From Candidatus Vogelbacteria bacterium RIFOXYD1_FULL_44_32 (GTDB lineage Bacteria > Patescibacteriota > Minisyncoccia > Phycocordibacterales > XYD1-FULL-46-19): DNA of 64,000 bases. The DNA lies in the NCBI GenBank assembly GCA_001823065.1, contig MHTJ01000003.1:181460-245459 (forward strand). The letters are read 5' to 3'. Positions 54,993 through 63,999 of the stretch are shown here, piece by piece (the stretch's first letter is position 1; every line of letters begins with the position of its first letter). The translations under genes were made by a program, and so were the position numbers. The notes under the pieces were generated by a model, which did no database searches, was not told the origin of the DNA, and was given only the letters and a program-made list of their open reading frames with translations.

Positions 54993-55955
54993 ATGAAAAA
55001 TATAATTTCTGTTAAAAATCTCGGTAAGGATTTTAAAATTAGACAAAACAAAAATGTTATTACCGGCCTCTGGCGACCAGATTTTCGCATCGTTTCAGCC
55101 GTGGCGGATATTTCCTTTAGTGTAAATGGGGGTGAGAGTTTAGCTATCTTGGGCCCAAATGGGGCTGGCAAAACTACCACTATTAAAGCTTTAACTGGAC
55201 TTATTTATCCCACGCGGGGCGAGGTAAGTGTACTGGGTTTTTTACCCTTTGATCGTAACCCGGAATTTTTACAACAAATTGGACTGCTGATGGGCAATAA
55301 GGCTGGTCTAAATTGGGACCTGACTGCTAACCAAAGTTTTTATTTATTACGCGAAATATATCACCTCGAGCCAGCCAGCTGTGAAGCTAGGGTAAATGAG
55401 TTGGCTGAATTGATGTCGGTCAAACATGTTTTAGATGTGCCAGTGCGAAAACTATCACTAGGGGAGAGGATGAAATTAGAATTGATCGGGGCAATTATTC
55501 ACAGCCCACGCATCCTTTTCTTAGATGAACCAACAATTGGCCTAGACATTGTGGCCAAGAAAAAAATTCGTCACTTCCTGCGGGAAATACAGGCTCGTTA
55601 TAAGGTGACAATAATTTTAACCAGTCACGATATGGCCGATGTGGAAAAGGTTTGTGACCGGGTTATTGTTATAAATAAAGGTAATAAAATATATGATGGC
55701 TTGGTGGAGCAACTAGTCGACGACCACAATGAGGAAAAAATGGTTAAATTTTATTTTGAAACCACACCGACTATTTTGCCAGAAATATTGCAGGCGGAAC
55801 TTATTACCACAAGTGATGATGGGGTAGTATTTAAGGTAAAAACCAATCAAATGCCCCAACTCATATCACAAATAACTACCGCCTGGCCAGTTTTAGATAT
55901 TGATATATATGCCACTCCACTAGAGGATATCATCGAAAGCTTGTTCAGAAAATAA
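54993..55955 (+). CDS. ABC transporter ATP-binding protein
   Basis: Walker A GPNGAGKTTT. Signature LSLGERMKL. Walker [14 protein letters not shown]-loop TSHDM. Confidence 0.88.
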   Translation: MKNIISVKNLGKDFKIRQNKNVITGLWRPDFRIVSAVADISFSVNGGESLAILGPNGAGKTTTIKALTGLIYPTRGEVSVLGFLPFDRNPEFLQQIGLLMGNKAGLNWDLTANQSFYLLREIYHLEPASCEARVNELAELMSVKHVLDVPVRKLSLGERMKLELIGAIIHSPRILFLDEPTIGLDIVAKKKIRHFLREIQARYKVTIILTSHDMADVEKVCDRVIVINKGNKIYDGLVEQLVDDHNEEKMVKFYFETTPTILPEILQAELITTSDDGVVFKVKTNQMPQLISQITTAWPVLDIDIYATPLEDIIESLFRK

Positions 55956-56030
55956 ACCAGTCTGTCCGTCGATTCCTCGCCGCCAGCGGACGGGGTATTA
56001 CGCGGACAGCATCGGGGCTGGTTTTTTGGA
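55956..56030. repeat. Intergenic hairpin/repeat element, copy B (convergent-gene terminator region)
   Basis: See copy A at 28738. Ends AAACCAGTC.../...GGGGCTGGTTTTTTGGAA. It contains GCGGACGGGGTATTACGCGG. Confidence 0.55.
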
Positions 56031-56038
56031 ATAGGCTT

Positions 56039-56596
56039 TTACTTGTCTAATAATTTCAGCCTAGGTTTGTATAATTCCCTTAATCTCTTTAAACCGCGAT
56101 GCATTTGCACGGCGATGGCATTTTTGGATTGGCCGGTAAGTAGTGATATCTCGGCAAGGGATAAATCTTGGACATAACGCATGCGAATAACCTTTTGATA
56201 AGTTTTTGGCAAATGATTGATTAATACTACCGCCGCTTTGCCGTCTAAAATATTAAATAACTTCTCCGAGTCCTCACCACCTGGTTCAAATCCCTTGTCT
56301 AATAAGTCGTCCAGAGAGCTGGTTTTATGTTTGCGATATTCGTCAACAATTAGGTTATTTAGCACATGGTATAAAAAGGCCTTCATCATATCAATCTTAC
56401 CCTCGCGGACAAAGTAAGCCCATGTTTTGAGAAAGGTGTCTTGCACCAGCTCCTCGCTGATTTGCCGGTTGTGAACCTTGAAATAGGCATAATTATTTAG
56501 ACCTCTCCCAAAATCCTTATGAGCGGTAGTTAGTAAGGCACTTAGGCGATTATTTTCTTGAGGAGTCATATAGATATGGCCGAGTGAGGGCATCAA
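56039..56596 (-). CDS. ECF-type RNA polymerase sigma factor
   Basis: Region 2 LVQDTFLKTWAYF...DEYRKHK. Region 4 HTH LSLAEISLLTGQSKNAIAVQMHRGLKRLREL. Confidence 0.8.
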   Translation of the reverse strand: MMPSLGHIYMTPQENNRLSALLTTAHKDFGRGLNNYAYFKVHNRQISEELVQDTFLKTWAYFVREGKIDMMKAFLYHVLNNLIVDEYRKHKTSSLDDLLDKGFEPGGEDSEKLFNILDGKAAVVLINHLPKTYQKVIRMRYVQDLSLAEISLLTGQSKNAIAVQMHRGLKRLRELYKPRLKLLDK

Positions 56597-56793
56597 ATAT
56601 TACACTTATATTACAGCTGTCATTAATATCTAGATTTACGGCTTTAAAATTGAAGTTTAGAGCTAACCGGCTATTACCGCGATATTACAGGGCGCTTAGG
56701 GGTAGAAGAAGTAATACTAGACTTTTAGTATAGCATGTTGTCAAACAAACTAAAAGGGCGAAATATTATTGGTTATCTAGCGTCAGTATAATT

Positions 56794-57369
56794 ATGGAAA
56801 CACCCAAGCAAAAAAACAGAACGGAACTCTTTGGCGCCGAGCTTATTCAGCACGTGTGGCGAGACAGCTGGGGCTATATTAAAACAATTGTCGATGTTTT
56901 ACGCGAGCCGGTGCTTATTTTAGACAAAAATTTTTGCGTCATTGCTGCCAATGATCCCTTTTATCGGACTTTTCAGGTGGAAATTAAAGATACAGAAAAT
57001 AAAATTGTCTATGATTTGGGCAATGGGCAGTGGAATATTCCCGCCCTTCGAAAATTATTGGAAGATATTTTACCCAAGAACACTTTTTTCAAGGGTTTTG
57101 AGGTGGACCATGATTTTCCGATTATTGGTCGTAAAATAATGATTTTAAATGCCCGCCAAATTTATTTTAATGACGACCGAACCACCGAGCTTTATCCCCC
57201 AATTATACTTCTAGCTATTGAGGATATAACCGAGATGATGGCGGTAGCCGAGGTTTTGGCCACGCACACGCAGGAATTGGAAACAAAATTTACCACGCAA
57301 ACCCTTAAGTTTGAGTTGCAGGTTAATAAACTTAAAGAAGAAATAGCTGATTTCAAAAAAAACAGGTAA
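56794..57369 (+). CDS. PAS-like domain protein with a C-terminal coiled coil (no output domain)
   Basis: VLILDKNFCVIAANDPFYRTF...GRKIMILNARQI has the PAS fold pattern. It is divergent from the ECF sigma gene. Confidence 0.45.
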   Translation: METPKQKNRTELFGAELIQHVWRDSWGYIKTIVDVLREPVLILDKNFCVIAANDPFYRTFQVEIKDTENKIVYDLGNGQWNIPALRKLLEDILPKNTFFKGFEVDHDFPIIGRKIMILNARQIYFNDDRTTELYPPIILLAIEDITEMMAVAEVLATHTQELETKFTTQTLKFELQVNKLKEEIADFKKNR

Positions 57370-57409
57370 AAACCTAACCAAGTTGGATTAATAAACTAAC
57401 AAAACTAAT

Positions 57410-57682
57410 ATGGGAATAATTCTTTGGATTGTCTTTGGCGCTCTGGTAGGCTGGGTGGCATCAATTATTATGAAAACTAATGCTAAACAGGGGATCTTGT
57501 TAAATATTTTAGTTGGTATTGTGGGGGCTGTTATCGGCGGTTGGTTAATGAGCTTTTTTGGGGGTAGTGAAATAATTGGATTTAACTTTTATAGCTTTGT
57601 TGTGTCACTGATTGGCGCAGTTATTCTAATCGCCGGTTATAAATTTATTACTGGTAGTATGCCAAAAGAGATAGGGATGTAA
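57410..57682 (+). CDS. GlsB/YeaQ/YmgE family small membrane protein
   Basis: MGIILWIVFGALVGWVASIIM... is the family signature. 90 aa. Confidence 0.75.
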   Translation: MGIILWIVFGALVGWVASIIMKTNAKQGILLNILVGIVGAVIGGWLMSFFGGSEIIGFNFYSFVVSLIGAVILIAGYKFITGSMPKEIGM

Positions 57683-57771
57683 TCAAATATTTGTTTGAGC
57701 GTCAACATATATGGGCTAGACTTGCCCCAACAGTTTTCTTACCAAATAGTTAAACTACTAAGTTGGTAATC

Positions 57772-57803
57772 AAAAAACACCGCCTAAGCCCGGTGTTTTT
57801 TGG
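57772..57803 (+). terminator. Rho-independent terminator
   Basis: AAAAAACACCGCC-taag-CCCGGTGTTTTTTGG. Confidence 0.8.
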
Positions 57804-57843
57804 TGGAAGAAACTCTTTTTATTTCTTCCGAGCCAATGTTGTT

Positions 57844-57963
57844 TGGTGGACCCACGGGGAGTCTCCCCCTACGGGGGCGGGTACTTTTCCGTCTCATTTC
57901 ATTCGACAAGGAAAAGTCTTTCGACTTCCCGACGTGAGTGAAGCAGTTCACTCACTTGGGCCC
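57844..57963 (-). ncRNA. tRNA-adjacent structured element E2 (homologue of E1), ending ...CCCCGTGGGTCCA-CCA with a G3:U70 acceptor
   Basis: The reverse complement reads GGGCCCA-AGTGAGTGAA-CTGC-TTCACTCAC-GTCGGGAAGTCGAAAGACTTTTCC-...-GGAAAAGTACCCGCCCCCGTAGGGGGAGACTCCCCGTGGGTCCACCA. The ends are copied from, and complementary to, the adjacent tRNA-Ala(GGC). Confidence 0.5.
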
Positions 57964-58005
57964 ACCCTACAAAAATGGCTCACCGAAAGATCGGTTAGCT
58001 CATTT

Positions 58006-58076
58006 TTGTAAGTGTGGACCCACGGGGAGTCGAACCCCGGACTCGTCCATGCCATGGACGCGTGTTACCACTATAC
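58006..58076 (-). tRNA. tRNA-Ala (anticodon GGC), G3:U70 present
   Basis: The reverse complement reads GGGCCCATAGTATAGTGGTAACACGCGTCCATGGCATGGACGAGTCCGGGGTTCGACTCCCCGTGGGTCCA. Anticodon loop AUGGCAU. Confidence 0.8.
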
Positions 58077-58255
58077 TATGGGCCCTAAAACACCCCTGAT
58101 TTCATTGGGGTGTTCGGGCAAACATTTGGTTACAAATGTTTTAGCCCTAAAACTCCCAGATATACTAAACGCTGTTCGGGCGATCATCTGCAAGGGCAGA
58201 TGATTTAGCCTAAAACATCATTGTTTGAAAAAATAACACATTTCTGTTACATTTC
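58069..58255. repeat. Three tandem roughly 62-nt hairpin units beginning (T)TAGCC(C)TAAAAC, abutting the tRNA-Ala(GGC) 5' end
   Basis: Units at about 58071, 58132 and 58196. Each has the CTAAAAC junction (the first is the tRNA 5' end GGGCCC+TAAAAC). The first two carry GTTCGGGC plus a long hairpin (GGGCAAACATTTG-gtta-CAAATGTTTTAGCCC, and GGCGATCATCTGC-aagg-GCAGATGATTTAGCC). Confidence 0.45.
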
Positions 58256-58260
58256 AAAGC

Positions 58261-58476
58261 ATGTTTAAAGACTTTCTCATGCGTAAGATGCTCAAAAGCC
58301 AAGGGGTACCCGAGGCGCAGATAGACCAGGCTTTATTGATGATCAACAAAAACCCCGATTTATTTAAAAAAATTGCCGACGAAATTCAAATTAAAACTAG
58401 TGCCGGTGGAGACAAGATGGCGGTAACTATGGAGGTAATGAAGAAATACGAGAGTGAACTGAAAGCAATAAAATAA
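58261..58476 (+). CDS. Small hypothetical protein (71 aa)
   Basis: Intact ORF just upstream of ychF. Confidence 0.4.
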   Translation: MFKDFLMRKMLKSQGVPEAQIDQALLMINKNPDLFKKIADEIQIKTSAGGDKMAVTMEVMKKYESELKAIK

Positions 58477-58480
58477 TATT

Positions 58481-59584
58481 ATGGGCTTATCAATCGGCAT
58501 TGTGGGACTACCAAACGTGGGAAAATCCACGCTTTTTAATGCGCTGACTAAAAAAAGTGTGCCAGCCGAAAACTACCCTTTTTGTACTATCGATCCGTCG
58601 GTCGGCATTGTCCAAGTGCCAGACGAGCGACTCTGGAAATTGTCCGAGCTTTCTAAATCGGCCAAGACTATTCCGGCAGCGGTAGAATTTACCGATATCG
58701 CCGGCTTGGTGAAAGGGGCCTCGGAGGGTGAGGGGCTGGGCAACCAGTTTTTGTCGCATATTCGCGAAGTCGATGCAATTGCCCAAGTAGTGCGGGTGTT
58801 TCCCGCCCGAGGCGGGTCCGCCTCGGGCGGAGAGGATGTCATTCATATCTATGGCGATATTAATCCAATGCGTGACGTAGAAATAATAAATCTTGAACTT
58901 ATTCTCGCCGATATGCAGTCGGTAACCAAAAGACGCGCCAATATTTTGCGTGATGTAAAAAGGGGGGACAAAGCCGCGGCCATAGAAGATGGTATTTTAG
59001 CCAAGGTGGAAGTTGAACTGGAAGCGGGAAGACTAGCTTCTACTGTCGCCTTAGATGAAGCGGAAAAAGAAATTTTAAAAAGTATGCATTTACTTTCCGC
59101 GAAACCAATATTATATGTTTTAAACAAAAAAAGCGGAGCGAAGCTTGCCGACACTACCGAACTTATGAAATATATTACCGCTTCGGGAGCGCAATTTGTG
59201 GAAGTGGACGCTGGTATTGAAAACGAGTTGTCGGCCCTGTCCGATGAAGATAAAGGGGTATTTCGGGCAGAATATGACGCTAAAGACGATGGAGTCAATG
59301 ACCTAATCCGCCAAAGCTATAAGTTGCTGGGCCTGATGACCTATTTCACCACCGGCACCGACGAGACCAGGGGCTGGACCGTGAAAGTGGGGGCCACGGG
59401 GCCCGAGGCCGGCATGGCTATTCATACCGATTTTAAAGAAAAGTTTATTCGCGCGGAGGTGGTGGCCTATGACAAGCTAATCGAGGCTGGTTCCTACGCC
59501 ACCGCCCGCGAAAAAGGCTGGGTGCGCACCGAAGGAAAAGAGTATATAGTAAAGGATGGAGATGTAATAGAGTTTAAAATATAA
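58481..59584 (+). CDS. ychF: Ribosome-binding ATPase YchF
   Basis: GIVGLPNVGKSTLFNALT G1. TGS-like C-terminal domain YFTTGTDETRGWT...GDVIEFKI. 367 aa. Confidence 0.9.
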   Translation: MGLSIGIVGLPNVGKSTLFNALTKKSVPAENYPFCTIDPSVGIVQVPDERLWKLSELSKSAKTIPAAVEFTDIAGLVKGASEGEGLGNQFLSHIREVDAIAQVVRVFPARGGSASGGEDVIHIYGDINPMRDVEIINLELILADMQSVTKRRANILRDVKRGDKAAAIEDGILAKVEVELEAGRLASTVALDEAEKEILKSMHLLSAKPILYVLNKKSGAKLADTTELMKYITASGAQFVEVDAGIENELSALSDEDKGVFRAEYDAKDDGVNDLIRQSYKLLGLMTYFTTGTDETRGWTVKVGATGPEAGMAIHTDFKEKFIRAEVVAYDKLIEAGSYATAREKGWVRTEGKEYIVKDGDVIEFKI

Positions 59585-59590
59585 TTTAAC

Positions 59591-60181
59591 ATGTATAAAA
59601 ATAAAATACTGGTGATATTTTCTATAATAGTATTAATAATTGTTGTACTTGGTGGTTACCTTTATACGAGCACATTACAACAATTAGTCTTTGATAACCC
59701 AGAGAATATTACGGAAGTTAAGACAGAATTTTGGGGTGATAATTATTATGGGAAAAGTGAAACATTTATAAATCCTGAATGGAAAACCTATCAAAACGAT
59801 CAATATCACTTTAAATTTGACTACCCTATACTAGGTCAGCATAAAATTAAACCCACTCTTTCAGAGAACGACCTTAGGTTTGAGCTTATACCTTTTAATT
59901 CGTCTCTAAGAGTAAGTAAGGTGGGAAAAGTAGACATAGACGACTATGTTCGTTCTAATAGTTGGGACGAAACGAGCTTCAATAAAGTTACATTTAAAGG
60001 AATTGAAGCATATGAAGGTGTTGATGGTGGTATGGACAGCTCATATATTATTGTTTTTATAAAAGATGACTATTTATACAAATTTAGTTTTACTGGTATA
60101 GGAACAACGATTGAAGAGTTAAAATCTGAGCTTAACCCTGAGCACAAGCGAATATTATCAACGTTTGAGTTTATTAACTAA
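59591..60181 (+). CDS. Hypothetical anchored protein, AT-rich
   Basis: N-terminal TM. No family recognised. Confidence 0.45.
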   Translation: MYKNKILVIFSIIVLIIVVLGGYLYTSTLQQLVFDNPENITEVKTEFWGDNYYGKSETFINPEWKTYQNDQYHFKFDYPILGQHKIKPTLSENDLRFELIPFNSSLRVSKVGKVDIDDYVRSNSWDETSFNKVTFKGIEAYEGVDGGMDSSYIIVFIKDDYLYKFSFTGIGTTIEELKSELNPEHKRILSTFEFIN

Positions 60182-60719
60182 ATATCTTATGCAAACAAAA
60201 TCAATTTTGAAGTGGGTGTTGATCGGATCAATTGTGGTTGTTTTGAACCTGTTTTTCAATTTTGCGATTGATACTGTCTATAATGCGCCGGAGTACGACA
60301 AGTTTTGTGTGGTTAAACAGGTTACTATTCAGCCGGACACCGAAGCAAAATGTGTCGCCGAGGGTGGGGCGTGGACCGCTAATACGGAAAAGCCGGTAAA
60401 TGCCAGCACGCCGGTGATGAAGGGTTGGTGTGATACCAATTTTACCTGTGGTAAAGAGTTTAATGAGGCAAACAGTGTCTACAACCGCAATGTGTTTATT
60501 GCTTTGGTGGTGCTAGGGCTACTGTCATTAGGGGTTGGGCTGTTTGTCACTGCTACCGGCAGTGCGGTGTCACTCGGGCTTTCTCTAGGTGGTCTCTTGT
60601 CTTTCATTATTGCCTCGATCCGCTACTGGTCGGATATGGACGAATACTTGCGGGTAATAGTGCTGGGTATTGCTCTCGTGCTTTTGATTGGGGTGGGGAT
60701 TAAGAAGTTTAAAGAATAA
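60165..60719 (+). CDS. Hypothetical membrane protein (N- and C-terminal TM segments)
   Basis: Intact ORF, Cys-containing central region. Confidence 0.45.
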   Translation: MSLLTKYLMQTKSILKWVLIGSIVVVLNLFFNFAIDTVYNAPEYDKFCVVKQVTIQPDTEAKCVAEGGAWTANTEKPVNASTPVMKGWCDTNFTCGKEFNEANSVYNRNVFIALVVLGLLSLGVGLFVTATGSAVSLGLSLGGLLSFIIASIRYWSDMDEYLRVIVLGIALVLLIGVGIKKFKE

Positions 60720-60725
60720 AAATAA

Positions 60726-60762
60726 ATGCAAAACCGCCCGCACCGTAAGGTGCGGGCGGTTT
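60726..60762 (+). terminator. Rho-independent terminator
   Basis: AAAACCGCCCGCACC-gtaa-GGTGCGGGCGGTTTTGCTTTTT. Confidence 0.85.
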
Positions 60763-60808
60763 TGCTTTTTCAGACTAATGTTGTATAGTAAACGACATCA
60801 AATCTCCT

Positions 60809-63727
60809 ATGAAGTCCTACGATCATAAAAAAATCGAAAAGAAGTGGCAGAAGGATTGGGCTAAGTCTGGTTTGTACGAAACCAAAGATAATTCTAAAAA
60901 ACCAAAGTTTTATTGTTTAGACATGTTCCCTTACCCGTCGGGTGAAGGGCTCCATGTTGGTCACCCCAAGGGCTATATTGCCACCGATATTTATAGTCGG
61001 TATATGCGGATGAAGGGTTTTAATGTTTTACACCCGATGGGTTGGGACGCTTTTGGACTACCGGCCGAAAATTATGCCATCAAAAACAAAGTTCACCCGA
61101 AAATTTCGACCGCTAAAAATATCAAGCACTACAAACAGCAACTAGAAATGCTGGGTCTGTCTTACGACTGGACCAGGGAAATAGACACCACCGACCCTGC
61201 TTACTATCGGTGGACGCAGTGGATTTTCTTGCAGATGTTTAAGCAGGGTTTGGCCTATGAGTCCTATGAGCCGATCAACTGGTGCCCATCGTGCCAGACG
61301 GGCCTCGCCAACGAAGACCTAGAAGACGGCAAGTGCGAACGCTGTGGCTCGGAAATAGAGAAGAAACCTATGCGCCAATGGGTGCTAAAGATTACCGACT
61401 ACGCTGATCGACTTTTAAATGATTTAAGTACGACCGACTACGACCGACCAAAGATTATTGACAAAACAAACCCTCCTATCAAAGGATCGCCTTTTGTTGA
61501 AAGAAATGTTGCTCATGCTATTGTTTTTGATCCTAAAAATAAAAAATATCTCATTATTAGAAACAAAAAACACGGCTGGGACACGTTGGTGATTGGTGGT
61601 ATTGAAAAAGGAGAAACTGCTGAAGAAACCGCTCGGCGGGAAGTAAGGGAAGAAACTGGCTACACCGATCTTGAATTTAAAAAAATATTGGGGGGTGAAA
61701 CCGAAGCTCACTATTACGCTAAACACAAAGGTGAAAACCGGATTGCTTTTGCTACGGCTGTTTATTTTGAATTAAAAAGTAATAAACGGGTGCCGATCGC
61801 CGACGGTGAAGACGCGGCCGATGAAGTGCTGTGGATTGAGGAAAAAGATTTCGTGCCGGGGAAAATGATTAACGCTGAACTGCCGGTCTGGCTCGCGCGA
61901 CTCAAAAATCCAAAACTAGGCTGGCCTAAACCGCTGCTCGAGTGGCCCGAATCAATTAAAGAAGCCCAGCGCAATTGGATTGGCCGAAGTGAAGGTCTGC
62001 TTTTTACTGCCCCAGTTAAAGATACTGACATTAAAATCCAAACATTCAGTGCTCACTTTGAAGCATTTTATGCCGATACTTTTGTAGTTATCGCACCTGA
62101 CCATCCGTTGTTACCCCAACTGGTAGCCGGTACTGCAAATGAAAAAGAGGTTCTAAAATTTTCCCAAGATTTAGTTAAAAAAAGAATCAAGGAAGGTTTT
62201 AATGCCAACAAAGAGCCGGAGGGTATATTTACTGGTCGCTATATTGTGGACCCAATCGGTAACGGTGATCTACCAATTTGGGTGGCCAATTTTGCCATTG
62301 CTGACTATGGCACCGGCATAGTAAAGGCCTCTTGTCACGATGAACGCGATTTTGCTTTTGCTAAAAAATATAATATTAAAATGAAGCCAGTGTTGTTTCC
62401 GGCTGATCCAGCCGAGAAGGCGAAGGTGAAAAATCTGGAAGTTTGTTATTTTGATATGAAAAATGGTCTATTGGCCGAACCAGCCGAATTTGCGGGTAAA
62501 AAAGCGGGAGATATTAGAGCTGATATTGCCAATTTTGCGGTTAAAAAAGGTCTGGCCGTTAAAAAAGTGAGCTATAAACTGCGCGACTGGGTCTTCTCTC
62601 GCCAGCGCTATTGGGGTGAGCCTATCCCACTCATTCATTGCGAGAAATGCGGCGTGGTCGCGGTACCAGAAAAAGATTTGCCAGTGGAACTACCCAAAGT
62701 AAAAAGCTATGCACCGACCGGTACAGGGGAGTCGCCGCTAGCCGATATTAAAAGTTGGGTCAATACGAAGTGCCCCACCTGTAAAGGCCCAGCGAAGCGC
62801 GAAACCAACACTATGCCCCAATGGGCAGGCTCGTCTTGGTATTATTTGCGCTACATGGATCCTAAAAATAAGAAAGCTTTAGTGGATTCAACCAAAGAAA
62901 AATATTGGTCACCAGTTGACCTCTATGTCGGCGGGACCGAACACGCCACTCGTCACCTTATTTACGCCCGCTTTTGGCATAAGTTTTTAAATGATATTAA
63001 AGTGGTTTCCACCAATGAACCTTTTAAGCGCTTTGGCAAAAGTCTGGGCCTCGTTTTAGGTGAAGATGGCCGCAAAATGAGCAAGCGCTGGGGTAATGTC
63101 GTAAACCCCGACGAGGTGGTAGCGACCTACGGTGCCGACACGATGCGCTTGTACGAAATGTTTATGGGTCCGTTTGACCAAGAAATAGCGTGGAATACTC
63201 AAAGCATGATTGGCTCGCGGCGTTTTTTGGAGAAAGTTTGGAAACTGAGTGAAAAAGTAGGCAAGAAAACTACTCCAGAGATAGCGGTTGATTTGCATCG
63301 GACGGTCAAAAAAGTGGGCGAGGATATTGAAAGCTTTAATTTTAACACTGCTGTTTCCAGCTTGATGATTTTGGCTAATAGTCTAGAGAAATGTGAGACT
63401 ATTGCCCGAGCCGATTTTGAGGCTTTAATTAAGCTTTTAGCCCCTTTTTCACCCCATATAGCCGAGGAATTGTGGTCTGGTAAAGGTTCGGTGCATAACG
63501 CGCCTTGGCCAATATATGACGAGGCCAAAACAATATCAGCCATGGTCACGATTATTATTCAAGTGAATGGCAAAGTGAGGGGGAATATTAATGTCAAAAT
63601 GGGTACAGTTGAGACCACAGTGGTAGAAGAAGCGATGTCTTGTGCTAGTGTCGCCATGCATATTTCTGGTAAGGAAATAAAAAAGACTATCTTTATCCCC
63701 AATAAGTTGGTTAATTTTGTGGTGTAA
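60809..63727 (+). CDS. leuS: Leucyl-tRNA synthetase carrying an inserted Nudix hydrolase domain (roughly aa 207-377; nt 61427-61940)
   Basis: HIGH motif (HVGHP). KMSKS motif (KMSKRWGN). CP1 editing motifs (TGIVKASCHDERD). Anticodon-binding and C-terminal domains present. Between LLNDL and EWPESIKEAQRNWIGRSEG, which are contiguous in E. coli LeuRS, lies a full Nudix fold with the box GGIEKGETAEETARREVREETGY. Confidence 0.9.
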   Translation: MKSYDHKKIEKKWQKDWAKSGLYETKDNSKKPKFYCLDMFPYPSGEGLHVGHPKGYIATDIYSRYMRMKGFNVLHPMGWDAFGLPAENYAIKNKVHPKISTAKNIKHYKQQLEMLGLSYDWTREIDTTDPAYYRWTQWIFLQMFKQGLAYESYEPINWCPSCQTGLANEDLEDGKCERCGSEIEKKPMRQWVLKITDYADRLLNDLSTTDYDRPKIIDKTNPPIKGSPFVERNVAHAIVFDPKNKKYLIIRNKKHGWDTLVIGGIEKGETAEETARREVREETGYTDLEFKKILGGETEAHYYAKHKGENRIAFATAVYFELKSNKRVPIADGEDAADEVLWIEEKDFVPGKMINAELPVWLARLKNPKLGWPKPLLEWPESIKEAQRNWIGRSEGLLFTAPVKDTDIKIQTFSAHFEAFYADTFVVIAPDHPLLPQLVAGTANEKEVLKFSQDLVKKRIKEGFNANKEPEGIFTGRYIVDPIGNGDLPIWVANFAIADYGTGIVKASCHDERDFAFAKKYNIKMKPVLFPADPAEKAKVKNLEVCYFDMKNGLLAEPAEFAGKKAGDIRADIANFAVKKGLAVKKVSYKLRDWVFSRQRYWGEPIPLIHCEKCGVVAVPEKDLPVELPKVKSYAPTGTGESPLADIKSWVNTKCPTCKGPAKRETNTMPQWAGSSWYYLRYMDPKNKKALVDSTKEKYWSPVDLYVGGTEHATRHLIYARFWHKFLNDIKVVSTNEPFKRFGKSLGLVLGEDGRKMSKRWGNVVNPDEVVATYGADTMRLYEMFMGPFDQEIAWNTQSMIGSRRFLEKVWKLSEKVGKKTTPEIAVDLHRTVKKVGEDIESFNFNTAVSSLMILANSLEKCETIARADFEALIKLLAPFSPHIAEELWSGKGSVHNAPWPIYDEAKTISAMVTIIIQVNGKVRGNINVKMGTVETTVVEEAMSCASVAMHISGKEIKKTIFIPNKLVNFVV

Positions 63728-63730
63728 TGT

Positions 63731-63758
63731 TTGCATATTGACATAAATTAGATATAAT
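63731..63758 (+). promoter_or_regulatory. Sigma-70-like promoter (TTGCAT-16 nt-TATAAT)
   Basis: -35 TTGCAT at 63731-63736. -10 TATAAT at 63753-63758, about 25 nt upstream of the next ATG. Confidence 0.45.
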
Positions 63759-63783
63759 GGTAGTAATTAATAAACAAAATTTT

Positions 63784-63999
63784 ATGAAAAAAACCCAGGA
63801 AGTAATTACTTTTAAACCAAAAGATATCACTAAGCGTCTTTTGACGGTTCTGTCCGAACGGGCCCAGGATGTTATCACCAAACGATACGGCTTGGGTAAA
63901 AACTCGACCTGCCTTACCTTGGAAGCGATTGGTTCCGAATATGGTATTACCCGTGAGCGGGTTCGTCAGATTGAAAACTTTTCTATCAATGCCATCAAG
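63784..63999 (+). CDS. Protein beginning with a sigma-70 region-4-like HTH (partial; continues past the window end)
   Basis: LSERAQDVITKRYGLGKNSTCLTLEAIGSEYGITRERVRQIE closely matches sigma-70 region 4.2 (RFGL...TLEEVG..FGVTRERIRQIE). Confidence 0.45.
   Translation, partial: MKKTQEVITFKPKDITKRLLTVLSERAQDVITKRYGLGKNSTCLTLEAIGSEYGITRERVRQIENFSINAIK

Noticed and set aside
57763-58203. ORFs 57763..58011(+) and 58012..58203(+)
   Set aside because: They span the E2 element, tRNA-Ala(GGC) and the tandem hairpin repeats. Artefacts.
58069-58255. Possible CRISPR array (regularly spaced short repeats)
   Set aside because: The repeat core is only about 13 nt, the units are about 62 nt with conserved hairpins inside the spacers, and there is no cas gene in the window. 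This is not CRISPR.
61424-61726. 100-aa minus-strand ORF inside leuS
   Set aside because: It is antisense to the well-conserved Nudix insert of LeuRS. Low-complexity F/S-rich translation.
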